NCBI GenBank assembly: GCA_028534125.1
Contig: CM052817.1
Coordinates: forward strand, 100,070,001 to 100,134,000
Length of the DNA: 64,000 nucleotides
Origin: Lama glama
Lineage: Eukaryota
Reading direction: 5' to 3'
The notes under the pieces: model-generated
The model's input: only the letters and a program-made list of their open reading frames with translations
What the model was told of the DNA's origin: nothing
The model's database searches: none
Shown here: positions 1 to 13,814 of the stretch, in pieces
How positions within the stretch are numbered: position 1 is the stretch's first letter
How the letters are laid out: the number at the start of each line of letters is the position of its first letter
Program-made: the position numbers and the translations under genes

Positions 1-575
1 ACTTTACACTATAACTTAAACTCTTTTGATGGCTCTTTCCTAAATTCTTATCAGTGTATGTGACCAATGGTCATGATACTTCGTACAGAAATATCCAAAT
101 GCGGAGTCAGAATAACAGAGTATCAATATACCATCTTCACAGGACAACTGTCTAAATGTTTCAGATTATTAAAAATCTGTATATAGGTAAATCATAGGCT
201 TTTGAAGTGCTATGGGAATGACAATGTTTTATTCAGGTAGCTTTGGTATAATTTGGGTCACATACTCAAAGCTGGTATTTTAAAGACAGAAATATTTCTG
301 AAAAGAATCAGATTAGCTCTGTTGAGAGAATAACCCATTAAGCTGCTCAAAGCATGAGTGTGGTGGGCTCTGAAGAGGAAAAACAAATCCCAGCTCAAGC
401 AAAACGGGATTTCTAGCTTTTGACTGTATTTTAATTAATGAAAGCCAAGCTCTCAACGCTCCAGCATCCCAAGCGCCTTCCCTGTCACGCTGACATGCTT
501 ATCACTGGGCAAGGACCTTCTTCCTTGGCGCATAGCAAGACGTCTTCCAAAGCATGCTGACATTCAGTTATTTTG

Positions 576-709
576 TTTTGTTTTTTGTTTTTGGAGGGGA
601 GGTGATTAGGTTTATTTATTTATTTATTTTTACTGGAGGTACTGGGGATTGAACCCAGGACCTTGCGCCTGCTAGGCATGCACTTTACCACTGAGCTATA
701 CCCTCCCCC
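576..709 (-). mobile_element. tRNA-Ala-derived camelid-type SINE (vic-1-like)
   Basis: tRNA head with A and B boxes, A-rich linker and tail; 13-bp TSD TTCAGTTATTTTG at 563-575 and 710-722. Confidence 0.9.
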
Positions 710-2262
710 TTCAGTTATTTTGAACTGTCTCTAACATTTGACCCCATTTAGCCACAACTGAAGAGCCTATTTATAGAAAACACGTCTGTCCGCAAACAGA
801 TGTTTTAAATGTGAACTATGACAAACACCTTGCTAGAGACTACATTCCCAGCTGGAGAAACCTAGAAACAACTCAGAAGTTATGTCTAGTCTCTTGATAA
901 TGAAGCACCGTGTGGAAAAAAACGTTTCCAGCTCAGATGGAAGAAAGGAGAGGTGTTGTGATGAATTGCTTTCCATTCACTTGTCTGAAATAGAGGTTAC
1001 TTTACTTCTACTCTATCTGAGTCTCTGCCCACAGAAGAATTCATACATTTATAACTGAAAAATTGCCTCTTATCAAACATAAACAATCTTTCCATAAACA
1101 GATGCTCTAAGCCAGAGGGAGGAAGGGCGGGTCAGACACCTTTATACTTGTCTTCCCCCAGAAAGACCCAACAATAAATCAAAGGGGACCATATATATGA
1201 TCTGCAGGAACAGAAGTCCTCCATGACAAAAAGCACACATAAGGAAAAAGTTCCAAGACAGAGACACTGCCCCAGTACAACCAAAGCCTGTGCACAGCAG
1301 GCATGTTGAAGGCACTGCCTGTGATCTTGTACTCCGGGCAGTGACTCTGGAAAAAGTAAACCTCCGCCCCCGCCCCCCTGCCAGTGCTCCGTTCAACCAC
1401 TTTTCACCTGTATTAAATGTTAGAGAATGGAACTCACCCAGGACAATGTCACCCCCTGCCACCTCCAATCACTACATACACACATTCCCTGCAAGGACGG
1501 CAGGAAACCCCGCACCCAGTTGATACTATATGTCCTGGACAGACTATGGGCCAGTTATTAGCCCAGATATTCATCTTGCTCCTTGTACCCTTTTCTTCAA
1601 AATTCAGCCGTCTATTTGAAAATATATGCTACAAGTCTTGTTCATGAGTACACTGTAGTCATTCCTTGGGTTTCAGTGAAAATAAGTAGATAAATGGGTA
1701 GTTAACTCAAAGCATGATGCGACTGACTTTTTTCTCCATTATTGACTACTTCTTAATTTTTGGAAACCCCAGTCATTGCTGACCTTATACTGTAATATCA
1801 TGTGATTGATGCTGCTTCCTTTGACTAGACTTGTCCTCTGCCTCCATTTACCCACCTGGCTCCAACCTGACTTCTCAGATAGCTCAGATATCACCTCTTA
1901 CAACAATCCTTCCTCATCCAAATATTCCCCCTCCCCAGTTCCTCACAACAGTCCTTCTCTTACTGGATTAGGTGTCCCTTCTCAGGGTTCCAAAACCATA
2001 CTCTGCACCTGACCTTCCTGGGAGCAATCCCACAGTACTCTCCTTGTATATAAGACACATCTCCCCAGCTTGTCTTTAAACTCCTCAAAGGCAAAGAGCA
2101 TTGCTCATCTTTATGCTTCAGTTCAAGGTACACACCAGACACTCTGGCATTTATTCTAAAATGTGTGTGAAACGAGAGAATGAATGTATGAATACATGGA
2201 TGATGTTCAGACTTAGAATTATAAAGACGGGTCTTTGGAAAACATTAGGCCATCCTACATCA

Positions 2263-2538
<276 letters not shown>

Positions 2539-2611
2539 TTAATCTGCCAGCATGCAGGAATTTCTCCAAGCCTAAACCACAAATGTTAATTTCCCACTAG
2601 TGATTTTTTAA

Positions 2612-2804
2612 TGATTTATCTTTATCATTATTATTATCATTATTATTTTTATTATATTTATTATCATTATCACTATTATTTTTTGGTAGGGGGAGGTAAT
2701 TAGGTTTACTTATTTATTTATTCTTAGAGGAGGTACTGGGGATTGAACCTAGAATCTCATGCATGCTAAGCATGCTCTCTACTGATTGAGCTATACTCTT
2801 CCCC
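2612..2804 (-). mobile_element. vic-1-like SINE with degenerate (ATT/ATC)n tail
   Basis: Same head sequence (GAGGTACTGGGGATTGAACC...GAGCTATAC on the + strand) with imperfect flanking duplication; in GATB intron 1. Confidence 0.85.
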
Positions 2805-4699
2805 TCATTAGTGTTTTTAATTTATTAAAATTTTATATCCCTACATTTTAAAAAAGTCCTATTGTTTTGCTGACTAAATCAAAAGCAGTTCATAATGAAC
2901 ACCTACAAGACTGGCAAAACAAAATTCATCTACAACATGGCATGAGGCGAGTTCAGTGTACAAACAAGAAGGTGACAGAAAGGAACAATTTGGCATCATA
3001 AAACTATTTAGAAATGGGTATCAGGTGGAGACTCCTTGGCTGACTTTAATGAGAAGCAGCATTTTCTAAATTAACTGTCCTTTATCAATTAATCACTCAG
3101 TAAATGAAGAAAGCCGATCCTGTGAACCTTTTTAGAACTAACATAAACATCAAGACTTTACTACTTCAGAAATAATGGTAAATAAATAGTCGCACATCTC
3201 ATTATCTAAAAAAGAAGGGTAATTCTCAGTCGTGTTTTGAATTCATTTTCTAACAACGGTTTGCAAGTGAAGTAACCAGAGTGACACGGATGTAATAGAT
3301 CACTACCAAATGATACTCTTCCTGAGAATTTTGTGCAAAGAAAAACATTAGGCCATGACATGTGGTTTTTTTTTCCCCCTTTGGTTCCCCAAATCACTTT
3401 AAACTCCTGAGATCTAGTGTCAGGTTCCTTTGCTTGTTTTACACTTGACTGCTATCAATCCTAAGACGCTGCAATAATGCAGCTTAAATGCTACAATAAT
3501 CTCTTATCTGGCCACTCCTACTCTGTTGAGTCTGTATGAACATTCCATACATGGGTCTCTCCAGGTTCCTGTAAGTGTGCTTATTCCTTCTGAAACCCAT
3601 GTATCCTGGGCAATCTGTAGATGGTCTAGTGTACACATACTCTGGGTACTGTCTGTCCCTACCTGCTCTTCCCCCAATTTTCTATATTATCCAAATGTTT
3701 GTTTACATGTATTTGGCTTTGTTTCAATCATGTCAACACATGAAGTTCTATACAGTATTGATAGATTCTTCCTTTTTAAAGTTTGGAAGCACAACCTGTA
3801 ATTGAGAGGAATTACACGAAGAACTTATCAGAAATCCTGCATTCACTAAAACCTTATTCAATGTACTTCTGCAGTTTCATTACATGAGAGAAAAGACTTT
3901 CCACTTACAGTGAGATAATTAAATTTGTGAAAAGAATAGAAACAATGTTTCTGGGCATTTTCCCTCTGTTCCTCCAACAGAAAAGTAAAAATAATGGCAA
4001 CCTCACTATCTCAAAGGAAAAACTGAATTAGACACGTGCCTTATGTTTCTGTGCTTAAAAAGAAAAAAATTAAAAAGAAAAGAAACTAGGTCTTATACAG
4101 TGAAAAATAAACAGCTGTTCAGAGGCTACTGAGCAAAATAAGCAAAACTGTCTACATGACCACACGGAACATCTCTTGTAATGGCTGCATCCTCCTAGTT
4201 TAGACACATGTTCAAAATGAATCGCTTCCACAGACAGACGGTGTTTTCTGACTAGTCATATTAAGCAATCACCATCCAAAGCTTGTTGGTAAGGCTCCCT
4301 TTTTACCTTTAAAACACTGCTGGCCCATAGTAGCGCTAAATAAATGTCAGCTAAATAAGACCCTGATTCACCGACCCCGCTACTGGTGCTACTAGTAAGG
4401 TGACTGAATCTACTTTTCTATCTGTGCTGCTTTTGATTCAAGAAAACACGTATTTTACATTCGCAAATTTCCCAAATATGCCTATCTACCTGAAGAGAGT
4501 AGTTTATGTGTGGGGGCGGGGCTGACAGAGGGCCAGTTCCGTGCTTTCATTTAGGTTTCAGGGTTGCAAGTTATAGCCCAACACCTTCCCACCCATCAAA
4601 ACGTCTAGACTGTGGGTTGGGCTGTAGTGGCCATCATCTCCCCAGTCCCGCGGTTCCATCTCACATTTAAGTGGTTAATAATGGTACGAAACAGTATAC

Positions 4700-4875
4700 C
4701 CTTTCCTCGGCTCCTGGGCCGTGATGAGGGACTGCTGAGCCACTGAGCTCTGTCCCCTTTTCCCGCTGGACGTGGATGCAGTCGGAACCCCTCTTCTGTG
4801 GCAAGAACAGCCGCCAGTCCGGGCGAAAGCCCAACGCCTTCCAGGACACAACCAACGCAGCACGGGCGCCGCCAT
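4700..4875 (-). CDS. GATB: GATB (PET112) coding exon 1, mitochondrial targeting region
   Basis: ATG at 4875-4873 in strong Kozak context (GCA ATG G). Translates [59 protein letters not shown], matching my recollection of the human GATB N-terminus ([19 protein letters not shown]...SSVAQQPLHTAQKTRKG). GT donor at 4699-4698; 176 nt, phase 2. Confidence 0.95.
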
Positions 4876-5290
4876 TGCCCCTCCACACTCCTGGTCAGGT
4901 GACACAGCTTCCCTCTGCCGCGAGGCTCTCTGGGAAGCGTAGTTCAGGAAATGGATAAAACGTGCTAGGCTCCGACCGGAAGACTACTATTCCCGGGGAG
5001 CACTGCGACTCGCAGGCTGCCGGAACCCGGACGGCGAGGGAGGGAGGGACAAATGGGAGAGAGGGTGGGAGGGTTTCTGGGTTGGAAGGTGTGACTCCTC
5101 CTAGCGGGGAGCTGGGGAGGTTTGTAGCTGTGAGCACGTGTGTAGAGTTCGCGTGAGAGCAAGTGGTGCCGGAGATCGGGAGCTGAGAAACCTGGCCAGG
5201 ATTTTATACCCTACTTAATTTTTCAAGCTGACGTAAATGACCTTGACATCTCCGCGACGATTTCCTGAATCCCAAACTCACGCAGTTATT
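4720..5290. promoter_or_regulatory. CpG island / GATB promoter
   Basis: High GC and CpG density over exon 1 and upstream. Staf/ZNF143-type motifs at 4924-4945 (minus) and 4982-5007 (plus), ETS core ACCGGAAG 4975-4982, E-box CACGTG 5135-5140, CRE-like TGACGTAA 5229-5236. Confidence 0.85.
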
Positions 5291-8200
5291 TTTTTCTGTA
5301 CATTTCCACTTCACACACCAATTTGTGCATTAATGCAGCAAATACTTACTTGTGTGCCTGCTGTGTGCCAGACACTGCTCTTAAAAACTGAGGATTCATC
5401 AGTGAGCAAGACAGTTACGGCCGCTGTGCTCATAGAGCTTACGTTCCTGGCAGACGAGACATACAGAAAATTTAACAAAAAATAGGATATTTTCATATAG
5501 GTAAAAAGAGCTATATTTCAGCAGAGGTGCTTGGAGACAAACAACCTAGACTGAACCTTCAGGTATGTTTTAACTTACTATTTTTGTTCTTGGCCAGTAT
5601 TTGAAACACTTTGTACATACAGGAGGAAGCCTTAATAGCAGATATGGTCATCCCAGGGGACTTTTGTTTGTTTTCCTGCTTCAAAACTCCTTCCCTTCTT
5701 GAAAATTCCCACCGATTTCTTGCATTTGAACACAATTTAGAATAGCTATTCAACCATTCTTTATAATACCGCCCTATTTTAATACTCCACATAGTGCTTC
5801 TGACTATCTGATACTTATCTTCTGTCTCCACAAGCTCCTTGAGAAGGGGGAATTTGTCTGCCCTATTCAATGCAGTATTACCAGAGTACGAAGTAGTCCC
5901 CTCAAAAATACTTGTTCAGTGAAGAATGCATTTGACAAGGGTTGGAGTGGATGCCCTTTGGAGCAGTCATTGTGTAGGAGAAAGATAATGCTGTGTAGGA
6001 GGCAGAGAGAAATTGACCTCTGTGAAATAGATTTGGGAGGTAAGACAGGGACTTGGTGATGGATTGGATAGGTGGTAGAAGACTAGGTGGGGTCAAGTAA
6101 CTCCTGAATTTCTGGCTCCTACAACTGAATGGCTGATGAAGTTCTTCACTGAGATAAGGAAACTAGAAAACAAGTTGGTTTGCAGGAAAATATGACTTTT
6201 GTTGCCTTGGAGACATACAAGAGGAGAAGTCAAAGAAGTATCATTGATGCCTAATTCTGAGTATGGAGCAGGGGGAAAGCTGCATACTCTGCATACTTCA
6301 CACTGATAGATTTGCAGTTATTGATCAAGAACCTGTTGATTAGACATCTGTAACTATGGTCTATTTCCATTAATACTCGTGTGCAGTTTTAATATTATGC
6401 AATTTAATCCTTCCATGTAGGCAATTTTACTTTCCTTAAAATTGTCATTATCTACTTTTTCTATCTCCTTTTTTCATCCATGATCGCTGATCCAAATTGC
6501 TATGTCAGAAGTATTTTCACATGACCCAAAATGAAAATGAGAGAAATGACAGCGATGGCAAAGCAGAAATGGAGATTTGTTCCAAAATGTATCTCGAACC
6601 ATTGCCCTTTCTATCAGGTTCAGATCACTCTTTAGATCCTTTGTTAGTATCTCTCCCCTGAATGTCTGTCTCTCCCACCTTTACTCTAGGTAAGCTGGCT
6701 TTCTCTTTCTTATTTAGCTCCTCAGGTTTACCTGCTCCAGCCTGTGGGTCAGAGGAATTGCCTCCGATCACAACGTGGTTCCACCTTTGATGGGACTACA
6801 GAGGATAGGAGAATCCTATATCTCGGAAGTGAGCACGGGCATCCTTTAGCCAAAAGGAGAGGGCGATCCTTGCTACCTTACCACTGCTGATCAGCCTACT
6901 TAGGAGGCAACTAACTCCCCAGTGTGGTTAGGGATGTTTTGAAAGCCACTGTGAGAGAGCAACATACCTAATGAAAATCCTCATTTCATGGGCAAAATGT
7001 ACTATAATGGAAACTCATCTTTGCTTATGAAGCAGTATTATGCCGTGATTGCATATCCCACCCCACCAGTAGAGGGAGAGAAAATCCAATATATGTAGGT
7101 GTATTTGCTTTCTTTCACAAATGGAAACCTTCCAGTTGGATGTGTATTACGTAGTCCTTTCAAAATCCCACAAGAGCTCATGGCTTTCTTCTCCCACAAG
7201 GTTATCATTTCTGGAAATGCCCATTGGCTTCCTCGTGCTGGGTCTGGTGTCTAGGAGTGAGTTGTTTTCCCTCCTGCCTTCCTCCTTAGCTAGTCAGAGG
7301 CTCCCACCAAACCTTCTACCATGAAACCGTTTCTCCTGCCACCCTGCCGCATGCCAAATTCGCTGTCTGTCAGAGCTCTTACTGACAGCTCTCTAGCTAA
7401 GAGAGCTATTTTGGTTCTACCGAAAACGTAGCTGTCACCTGAAAGACACAGAGATTTTCATTTTCAAGAAGCTCAGAAGGTTGCAGGTCAGGGTTTCTAG
7501 CAAAAACATTTTCTTAGGGAGAGTTTCTCAGCTCTTATTTTCTTCACATAATTGACACAGTACAAATAAAGTTAGAACAGCTTTTTAAAAAGATATGTAA
7601 GCCAGAACAGAGTTTCGAGTTGTTACTTCTAAATGGCAGTAGTTAGGAAGTGTATCTAAAATAACATGCTTGGTTTTGTTTAGTATTCTTCAGAGAATCT
7701 TTGAATGTCAGAGTTGGAACAGACAGGCTTACCTCAGTGTTTGACTCAGAATCCCTAGGTATCTATATAAACATGTCGATTTCTGAACACAAATCATTTC
7801 CCCACCTCACCCCACATCTGAGTTGTATTTAATTGTAATCACTTTCTTTCTTATCCTTTTCACTCGTTTGAGTTGGAGGCAATGATGAGAAAACATGGTA
7901 TTCCAGGGTTTATAACTTCTTCAGTATCATGGGTGCAATATGAGAGAATGACACAAATGGCTCTAAGTTTCCATTTTTTTAAATAAAGTAAATGATTTTA
8001 AACATTGAAATTTCAAGTAAAATTAAAAGGAGATAGTATCCATTCTTCATTCTGATAATGTGTCATGGCAATGTATCTCAACATTGATTTATATACGATT
8101 TTGAATCTTAAAATTATGTTAACTAACCTACCTAGTCTTTGATTAACTACTTTTGTTTTGTAGAAACAAAGGCAGTGCTTTAAGGACATTTAGCAGACTA

Positions 8201-9106
8201 ATAAAGAAAATGCTCCTTAGAGCTGAATAGGCTGGTTATCTGAGTATTTCTTAACACAGCTGTGAGTTTAGTTCCTCTGTGTGACTGATAGTTTCTATCA
8301 GTTCTGTGGCTGTAGCGCCCGGCCTGCTGCCTCGAATGTTATACCCTGTGGGGAGGGAGGAAAGTCAATATCTAAAAAAGGAAAAAGGTCCACTGAAGAT
8401 GATGTGCATATGACAAAAACAGACAGCAGCATTTTCATGTAGGAAAAACCTTGGCACTAGAGGAAGCCCTGTTTTTGAAAAAGCATTCTGAAAACATAAA
8501 GTTCCTTTTTAGAAAAACCACAGTGTAAGACCCCAGTCAAGTGTCATTGGGGAAGAAGAAAGACTGGGAACAGGTGCATGCCGGGCAATCAGGAGAACAG
8601 GATTCATTTCCTTTTATTTTACCATCAAGTCTCGATACTGATAAAATACTGATGTGGAGGGAACAATTGCTTTTTCTAGAAGATTGCTTTGAGGCAGAGA
8701 AATCTATAGCTTTTTATTCCTTCTAAAGCAGGGAAATAGAGCACCCTGTCCAATGTCTTTGTAGAGATGAAGTGCCGGCTGGGGAAGACGAGGCCACGCC
8801 CTTCCTTCTTCTGTATGGTCTCAGGGGATGGCTTCTGTTTTCCCAGGCTTTTTCTTTGCTGAAAATCGGACTAATCCTGGAAGCAATCAGGAATGATGTG
8901 TAAGAGAGAAGCCCCACCTCTTCACATCCCTATGACTCAGCTTACTTCAAAGAATATACTTCTGAGTTGCAAGTAATGGGCAGTAGACCATGTTGGACAA
9001 TGCGTGCCTGTAAGCTGTGTGGCCAGATCCCTGCTGTTCACTAAGAAGCTCTCCCTTTTGTGCTTTAGGATTGGGTATTTGGCCTTCAAAGTGACAGATC
9101 TTGTGT

Positions 9107-9127
9107 ACACACACACACACACACACA
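9107..9127. repeat. (CA)n microsatellite
   Basis: About 10 uninterrupted CA units. Confidence 0.9.
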
Positions 9128-12100
9128 ACTACGCCGTATCTTATTTCAAGATGATGCACAGATAATGATTAAAAGCTTTTAGGTTTCAAAATAGATAATG
9201 TTTTTGTATATCAGAGGGTTCGCTTGATTTTAAGTTTAAAGATTATGAGAAGTACCAGCATGACGTTAAAGAACTACGCCACCAAGATACGAGAGCTCCG
9301 ATGACGCTTTTCCGTCCGTGGATGAACTCCCACTTGAGGACTGAAGGGAAGGTGTATCAGAGTCCACCAGGGTGGTACAGAAGAGAGCAGACAGGCTTAT
9401 CTTGCACATCCTGGTAGATAATCGGTGTCATTACCTGCAACTATCTGAACTGGATCTCTGTATCTAGGCTGCCCTTGAACCAAGAATGGATGGGCTGCAC
9501 AGAGTAATAAAGGCTGAAATCTCGGTGGCAGAGCCTTCAGGGCTCCCCACAGTTTAACGTATGGCCATTGAGAGGAAATTTAGTGCTCCATCAAGAGGGA
9601 CCAGATTGAATTAAAACCAAGCGGCTCAATCCAAACACATTAGCAATCAAATGATATAACTCCTGAGATAAATGCAAAGAGAGAGACAGAAAAACATTCC
9701 CAGCGATCCGTGAATACTGATTAGGGAGGAAAAGACCAGCACAGACATTATTCATATCTCCTCAGAGTCTGAGTCTAGTTTCGAATTTACGAATCAGATT
9801 TGATAACTTGACTCAACAGTAATTTCAAGTTGTTGTTGATTCTACACTTAGACCAGCTTTGCTGCTAAAAAGGCATTTTCTCCCCTTTTACATATAGTAA
9901 AAATGAAAAGAAATGATGCTAATAATGGGACTGGCTATTGTGTTTTTCAAAAGACAAGAGAGAGTACGATTATATAGAAGTGCCACACTGGCAAACAACA
10001 AGGACTCATCTAGCCTCACATTCGATCTGTATTCATTCTCTGAAGCCATTAGCTTTATTTTGGCTGCCCTGGTACATTGGTAAAGGATCTCTGGGAAACA
10101 TTTTGCAGTGATTCAGAGCCCATGACTCCTCAAATTTTATATAGATTTATTAAATAAACGCGTTACCTCCCACTCGCCACCCTGAAACTCACAGAGTCTC
10201 ATGAGACGTTCTCACAGTTTATGAGGGTCAGTTTGACATTGTACAGTCTCAGAATTTAGTGTCCATAGCAGATGTCAAAAATGAGGAATCTGGAGTTTAG
10301 AGGGGAAAATTATTCACCTTGCTTAGTTCTCTAGACCAGTGACCATTTCAGCTGCCCGGGGACTTTCTCCTGGGATCTGTGACCAGAGGACATCAGCAGC
10401 TATGTGACAGCCTTCCTCATAGCAAGTCTGGGAACGGGAATGGTAGCTCACCTCCCCAAGGAAGACCCAGGCTACTTTGCTATTTGCCTACATTGTTCAT
10501 TATCTCTTTCTAGAAACGCCAGCTACACTTCCCTCTGCCCTACTCTTCCCTTTGCCCAACGGAGATCTAAGGTGCCACTATTTCCAAGTGATGGTGTCCC
10601 TTTGCGTTGGTTCTGTTGTGTAGTGAGTCCCATGAACTGTGCTTCTCACTGTGAAGTCAATAGTTGTTATCCACAGAGTTGAAAAATAAAGCTGAAAAAT
10701 GTGTTTTTTGTTGGATTTCTGTGGCACCATTGAATCAAATGTTGGGTCAACTCTTTCTTCTTTTGAAAAATGCTGTTGTTTATTTTCAATTGTCAAGAAA
10801 CAACAAGCTTGGAAGAGGTCACTTTCACTCTGTCTGCAATGTCGTGTGGCAAGACGGGCCAAATTACAGAAAATCAATTAGTTGCTGTTACAGGAGTCAT
10901 GTATCTGAGGTCCTGTTCTGGCTCTGGTTACCATGGCTAATGTCTGCTCCCCTCCAGAGCAATTCTTAGGAGAAAACCACCCAAACGTTGTTTCTTGAGA
11001 GCAAAAACCAAGTAAGACCTAGGCATTCAATCTTTGCTAATCAAGATGGAGGCAGAAATAACCACTTTTCTTCCGATACTTTTAAATCACATACTTTTGA
11101 AAGAGCAATTAACATTTGGTTTCTGATGCCTAAAATTTCCAAATCCTTCAGCTTCTGTATCATGCTATCTGTGCCTTCTGACGTAAGGGAAAGGCTATCA
11201 TGTTTCCCGGGCATGTGGTTTCACCCGTCTCATCTATGTCGAGAATTCTTCTCTGTTTTCCCCTGATACAAAATCATCTAACAAGTTCAACCGGAAAAAT
11301 ATATTTAGGCCTAAAGTGTTCATTATTTCATAAAGTTATTTTTTCATTGATTTACATTTGAATATGCCTTTCTGCCAAGATGAACATTGCCTCAAACTTT
11401 TCCTTGCTTTTCTCTTTTACGTATTTTTTAAAGGAATATTTAGTGTCAAAGATTCACTGTGGGGTCAGATAGCTGTTTATTTTAGACCTAGGGAAACCAA
11501 AGAGATCTAAAAACAGGAGCTCCAAACATACATATTTAAAGGTAAACAACATGAATAGCTGATTTCAGAATGTTAGTAATTCCATTTCCCCTGCTGGAGA
11601 AGGAGGCAGCCATAATCAATGAACTCTTCGAGTGACATTGACGTGCACTTGAAATAAAGCACAGAAGAGTTGTTTTACAGAGTTGTTAAGCAACACAAAA
11701 CTTGTAGGAGGCCAAGTTCCAACTCCTGTGTTATCTAGAGCCTGTAATGAATTTTTCAAAATCAAAACACCTTTAAAAATAGCCTTGTGTATTGAATTCC
11801 AGCACGATGCTGCTTGTTGTAGAGCCATTCCTATAAAATGCAAGTTTATTTATAGATTGCAAGTGACTCAAAGATGTTGCAGTATCAAAGGAAATGATAC
11901 TCTCAAGTCTTCGTTCAGGGTTGCTTGGGGCTCCCTCAGAATGCTCAGTGCGCTAAGAGGATCACTTTTAGTTTTCAGAAGCAAAAGGAATTTCATAAAT
12001 TAAAATGGTTGGTCAGATGGAATTTCCTGATTAATATTTTAATGTTTGGTGTTAAACATAATAATGAAAGGAAGAGTTCTGAGAGTAAGCCCAATTAACA

Positions 12101-12506
12101 TTTCATAAAATTGATTGTTCTAGGTACAGCTTACCCTTTATCTTTATGGTTTCCGCCCACTGTCTTCCTGGGCAACCTGACTACCTTGAAGAATGGAGTA
12201 CAGCCAACTAATGTCCCTCTTTCCTTCGCTCCTTCCTTTGCTTCTTCACTCAGCTTCCTGCTTCCATTTCTCCCCATGTCTATTCATTGAATCCTGACTA
12301 GGCTACAGACACCGTTCCAGGGCTTACTTTGTCCTGTTCTCTATGGATTTTGGTAGAAAGAATGTTTTTAACAGTCTGTAATTGTAAGTGACTGCTGCTG
12401 GAAGGTGTCACTCTTGTTGTGCAAGAGACTCTTCACAGACCAGCTTAGAGTTTTATAGAAACTAGTCTTTGTGATGTTGAAAGCAAAGGTGCACATTCTC
12501 CCTATA

Positions 12507-13350
12507 TTTTCTTTATTTTTAGCTCTATTGAGGCATAATTGACAAATAAAATGATAAGATATTTAAAGTGTACACCATAATGACTGATATACATATACCT
12601 TGTGAGAGGATTCCCACAGTCGAGTTAATTAGCACACTCATCACCTCACGTATTTACCTTTTTTGCGGGGGTGGTGAGAATATTTAAATTCTACACTCAG
12701 CAAATTTCAGTTGCACTATACAGTGTTATCAACTATGGTTGACAGTTGGTAGTTACTAGGTTATACTTTACATCCTCAGACTTTATTCATCTTATGACTG
12801 AAAGTTTGTACCCTTTTACCAACTTCATCTATTTCCTCCACCTCCCAGCTCCTGGCAACCACATCTCTACTCTGTTTCTTTGTGTTCAGTTCTTCTCCTT
12901 CTCCTTCCCCTTCCCCTTCCCTTTCTTCCTCCTCTCCTCCTCCTCCTCCTCCTCCTTCTTCTTTTCTTTTAAGATTCCACATGTAAGTGATACCGTGCAG
13001 TGTCTGTCTTTCTCTGTCTGGCTTATATCACTTAGCATGTGCCCTTCAGTTTCATCCATGTTGTCACAAATGATAGGATTTCCTTCTTTTTTAAGCCTGA
13101 ATAATAATATTCCATTTAATAGTATTCATGTGTTAAATTATCTATCTATCTACCACATTTTCCTTATCCACTCATCTGTCGATGACCACTTAAGTTGTTT
13201 CCATACCTTGGCTACTGTGTGCTGCGATAAACATAGTCGTACAGATATCTTTTCAAGATAATGATTTTGTTTCCTTCGGATATGTACCCAAAGTGGAATT
13301 ACTGGATCATATGTTAGCCCTATTTTTAATTTCTCAAGGAGCCTCCACTT
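12507..13350 (-). mobile_element. LINE-1 3' fragment with internal pyrimidine simple repeat
   Basis: Typical L1 3' UTR/ORF2-end sequence (ATTCCACATGTAAGTGA, TCACTTAGCAT, GTGGAATTACTGGATCATATG); (CCT)n/(TTCCCC)n tract at ~12890-12970. Confidence 0.85.
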
Positions 13351-13638
13351 CCCTATAGCTGTTGGATGTTCCCACTAGCATCCAAGATAAACATATTCAT
13401 TTAGACATGTGGGTATTGCAGAAAACAAATTTTCAAAAAGAGAATCTGTCATACTAGATGGAGATTTTTGAGTACAAGGACCAAATCTCTCATGTTGCAT
13501 GTCCTTTCAGTTCTTAGAACTATGTTAGCTGTATTGGCCACCATCTCTCCACTGATCCTGGAAATTATTTCCCCTTCCCCACCTACACTATCCACATGAC
13601 TATGTTAGGGATTGCCAGGTTGAGCTAGGACTCCATGC

Positions 13639-13814
13639 CAGGGTTGGTTACACAATTTTGGTGGTCCAGTGCAAAATTAAAATGCAGAATCCATTGTGCA
13701 AACATTATTAAGAATTTCTGGGTGGCAACAGCAGAGCATTAAACAAGCATGAGATCCTTCCAAGCACAGGTCCCTGTGCCACCACACAGGTTGCAAGTCC
13801 GTGAAGCCAGACCG
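13639..13814 (-). mobile_element. MER45A-like hAT MITE
   Basis: Resembles the reverse complement of the recalled MER45A consensus (CCAGTGCAAAAT..AAATG, GCAGAGCATTAAAC, CACAGGTTGCA..CCGTGAAGCC); ~176 bp. Confidence 0.75.

Noticed and set aside
1142..1468. 108-aa minus-strand ORF / possible extra GATB exon in intron 2
   Set aside because: No frame resembles the next GATB segment as I recall it (VLNRRCVEAAV...); splice signals are mediocre.
4692..4699. Possible U12-type donor for GATB intron 1
   Set aside because: Sequence is GTATACTG, not the GTATCCTT consensus.
4876..4905. In-frame upstream GTG extending GATB by 10 aa
   Set aside because: The ATG at 4875 has strong context and matches the recalled orthologous start; no evidence for use of the GTG.
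10196..10207. 12-bp palindrome GTCTCATGAGAC
   Set aside because: Isolated; expected by chance several times in a window of this size.
12746..13261. 171-aa hydrophobic ORF
   Set aside because: Antisense L1 3' region plus simple repeat.
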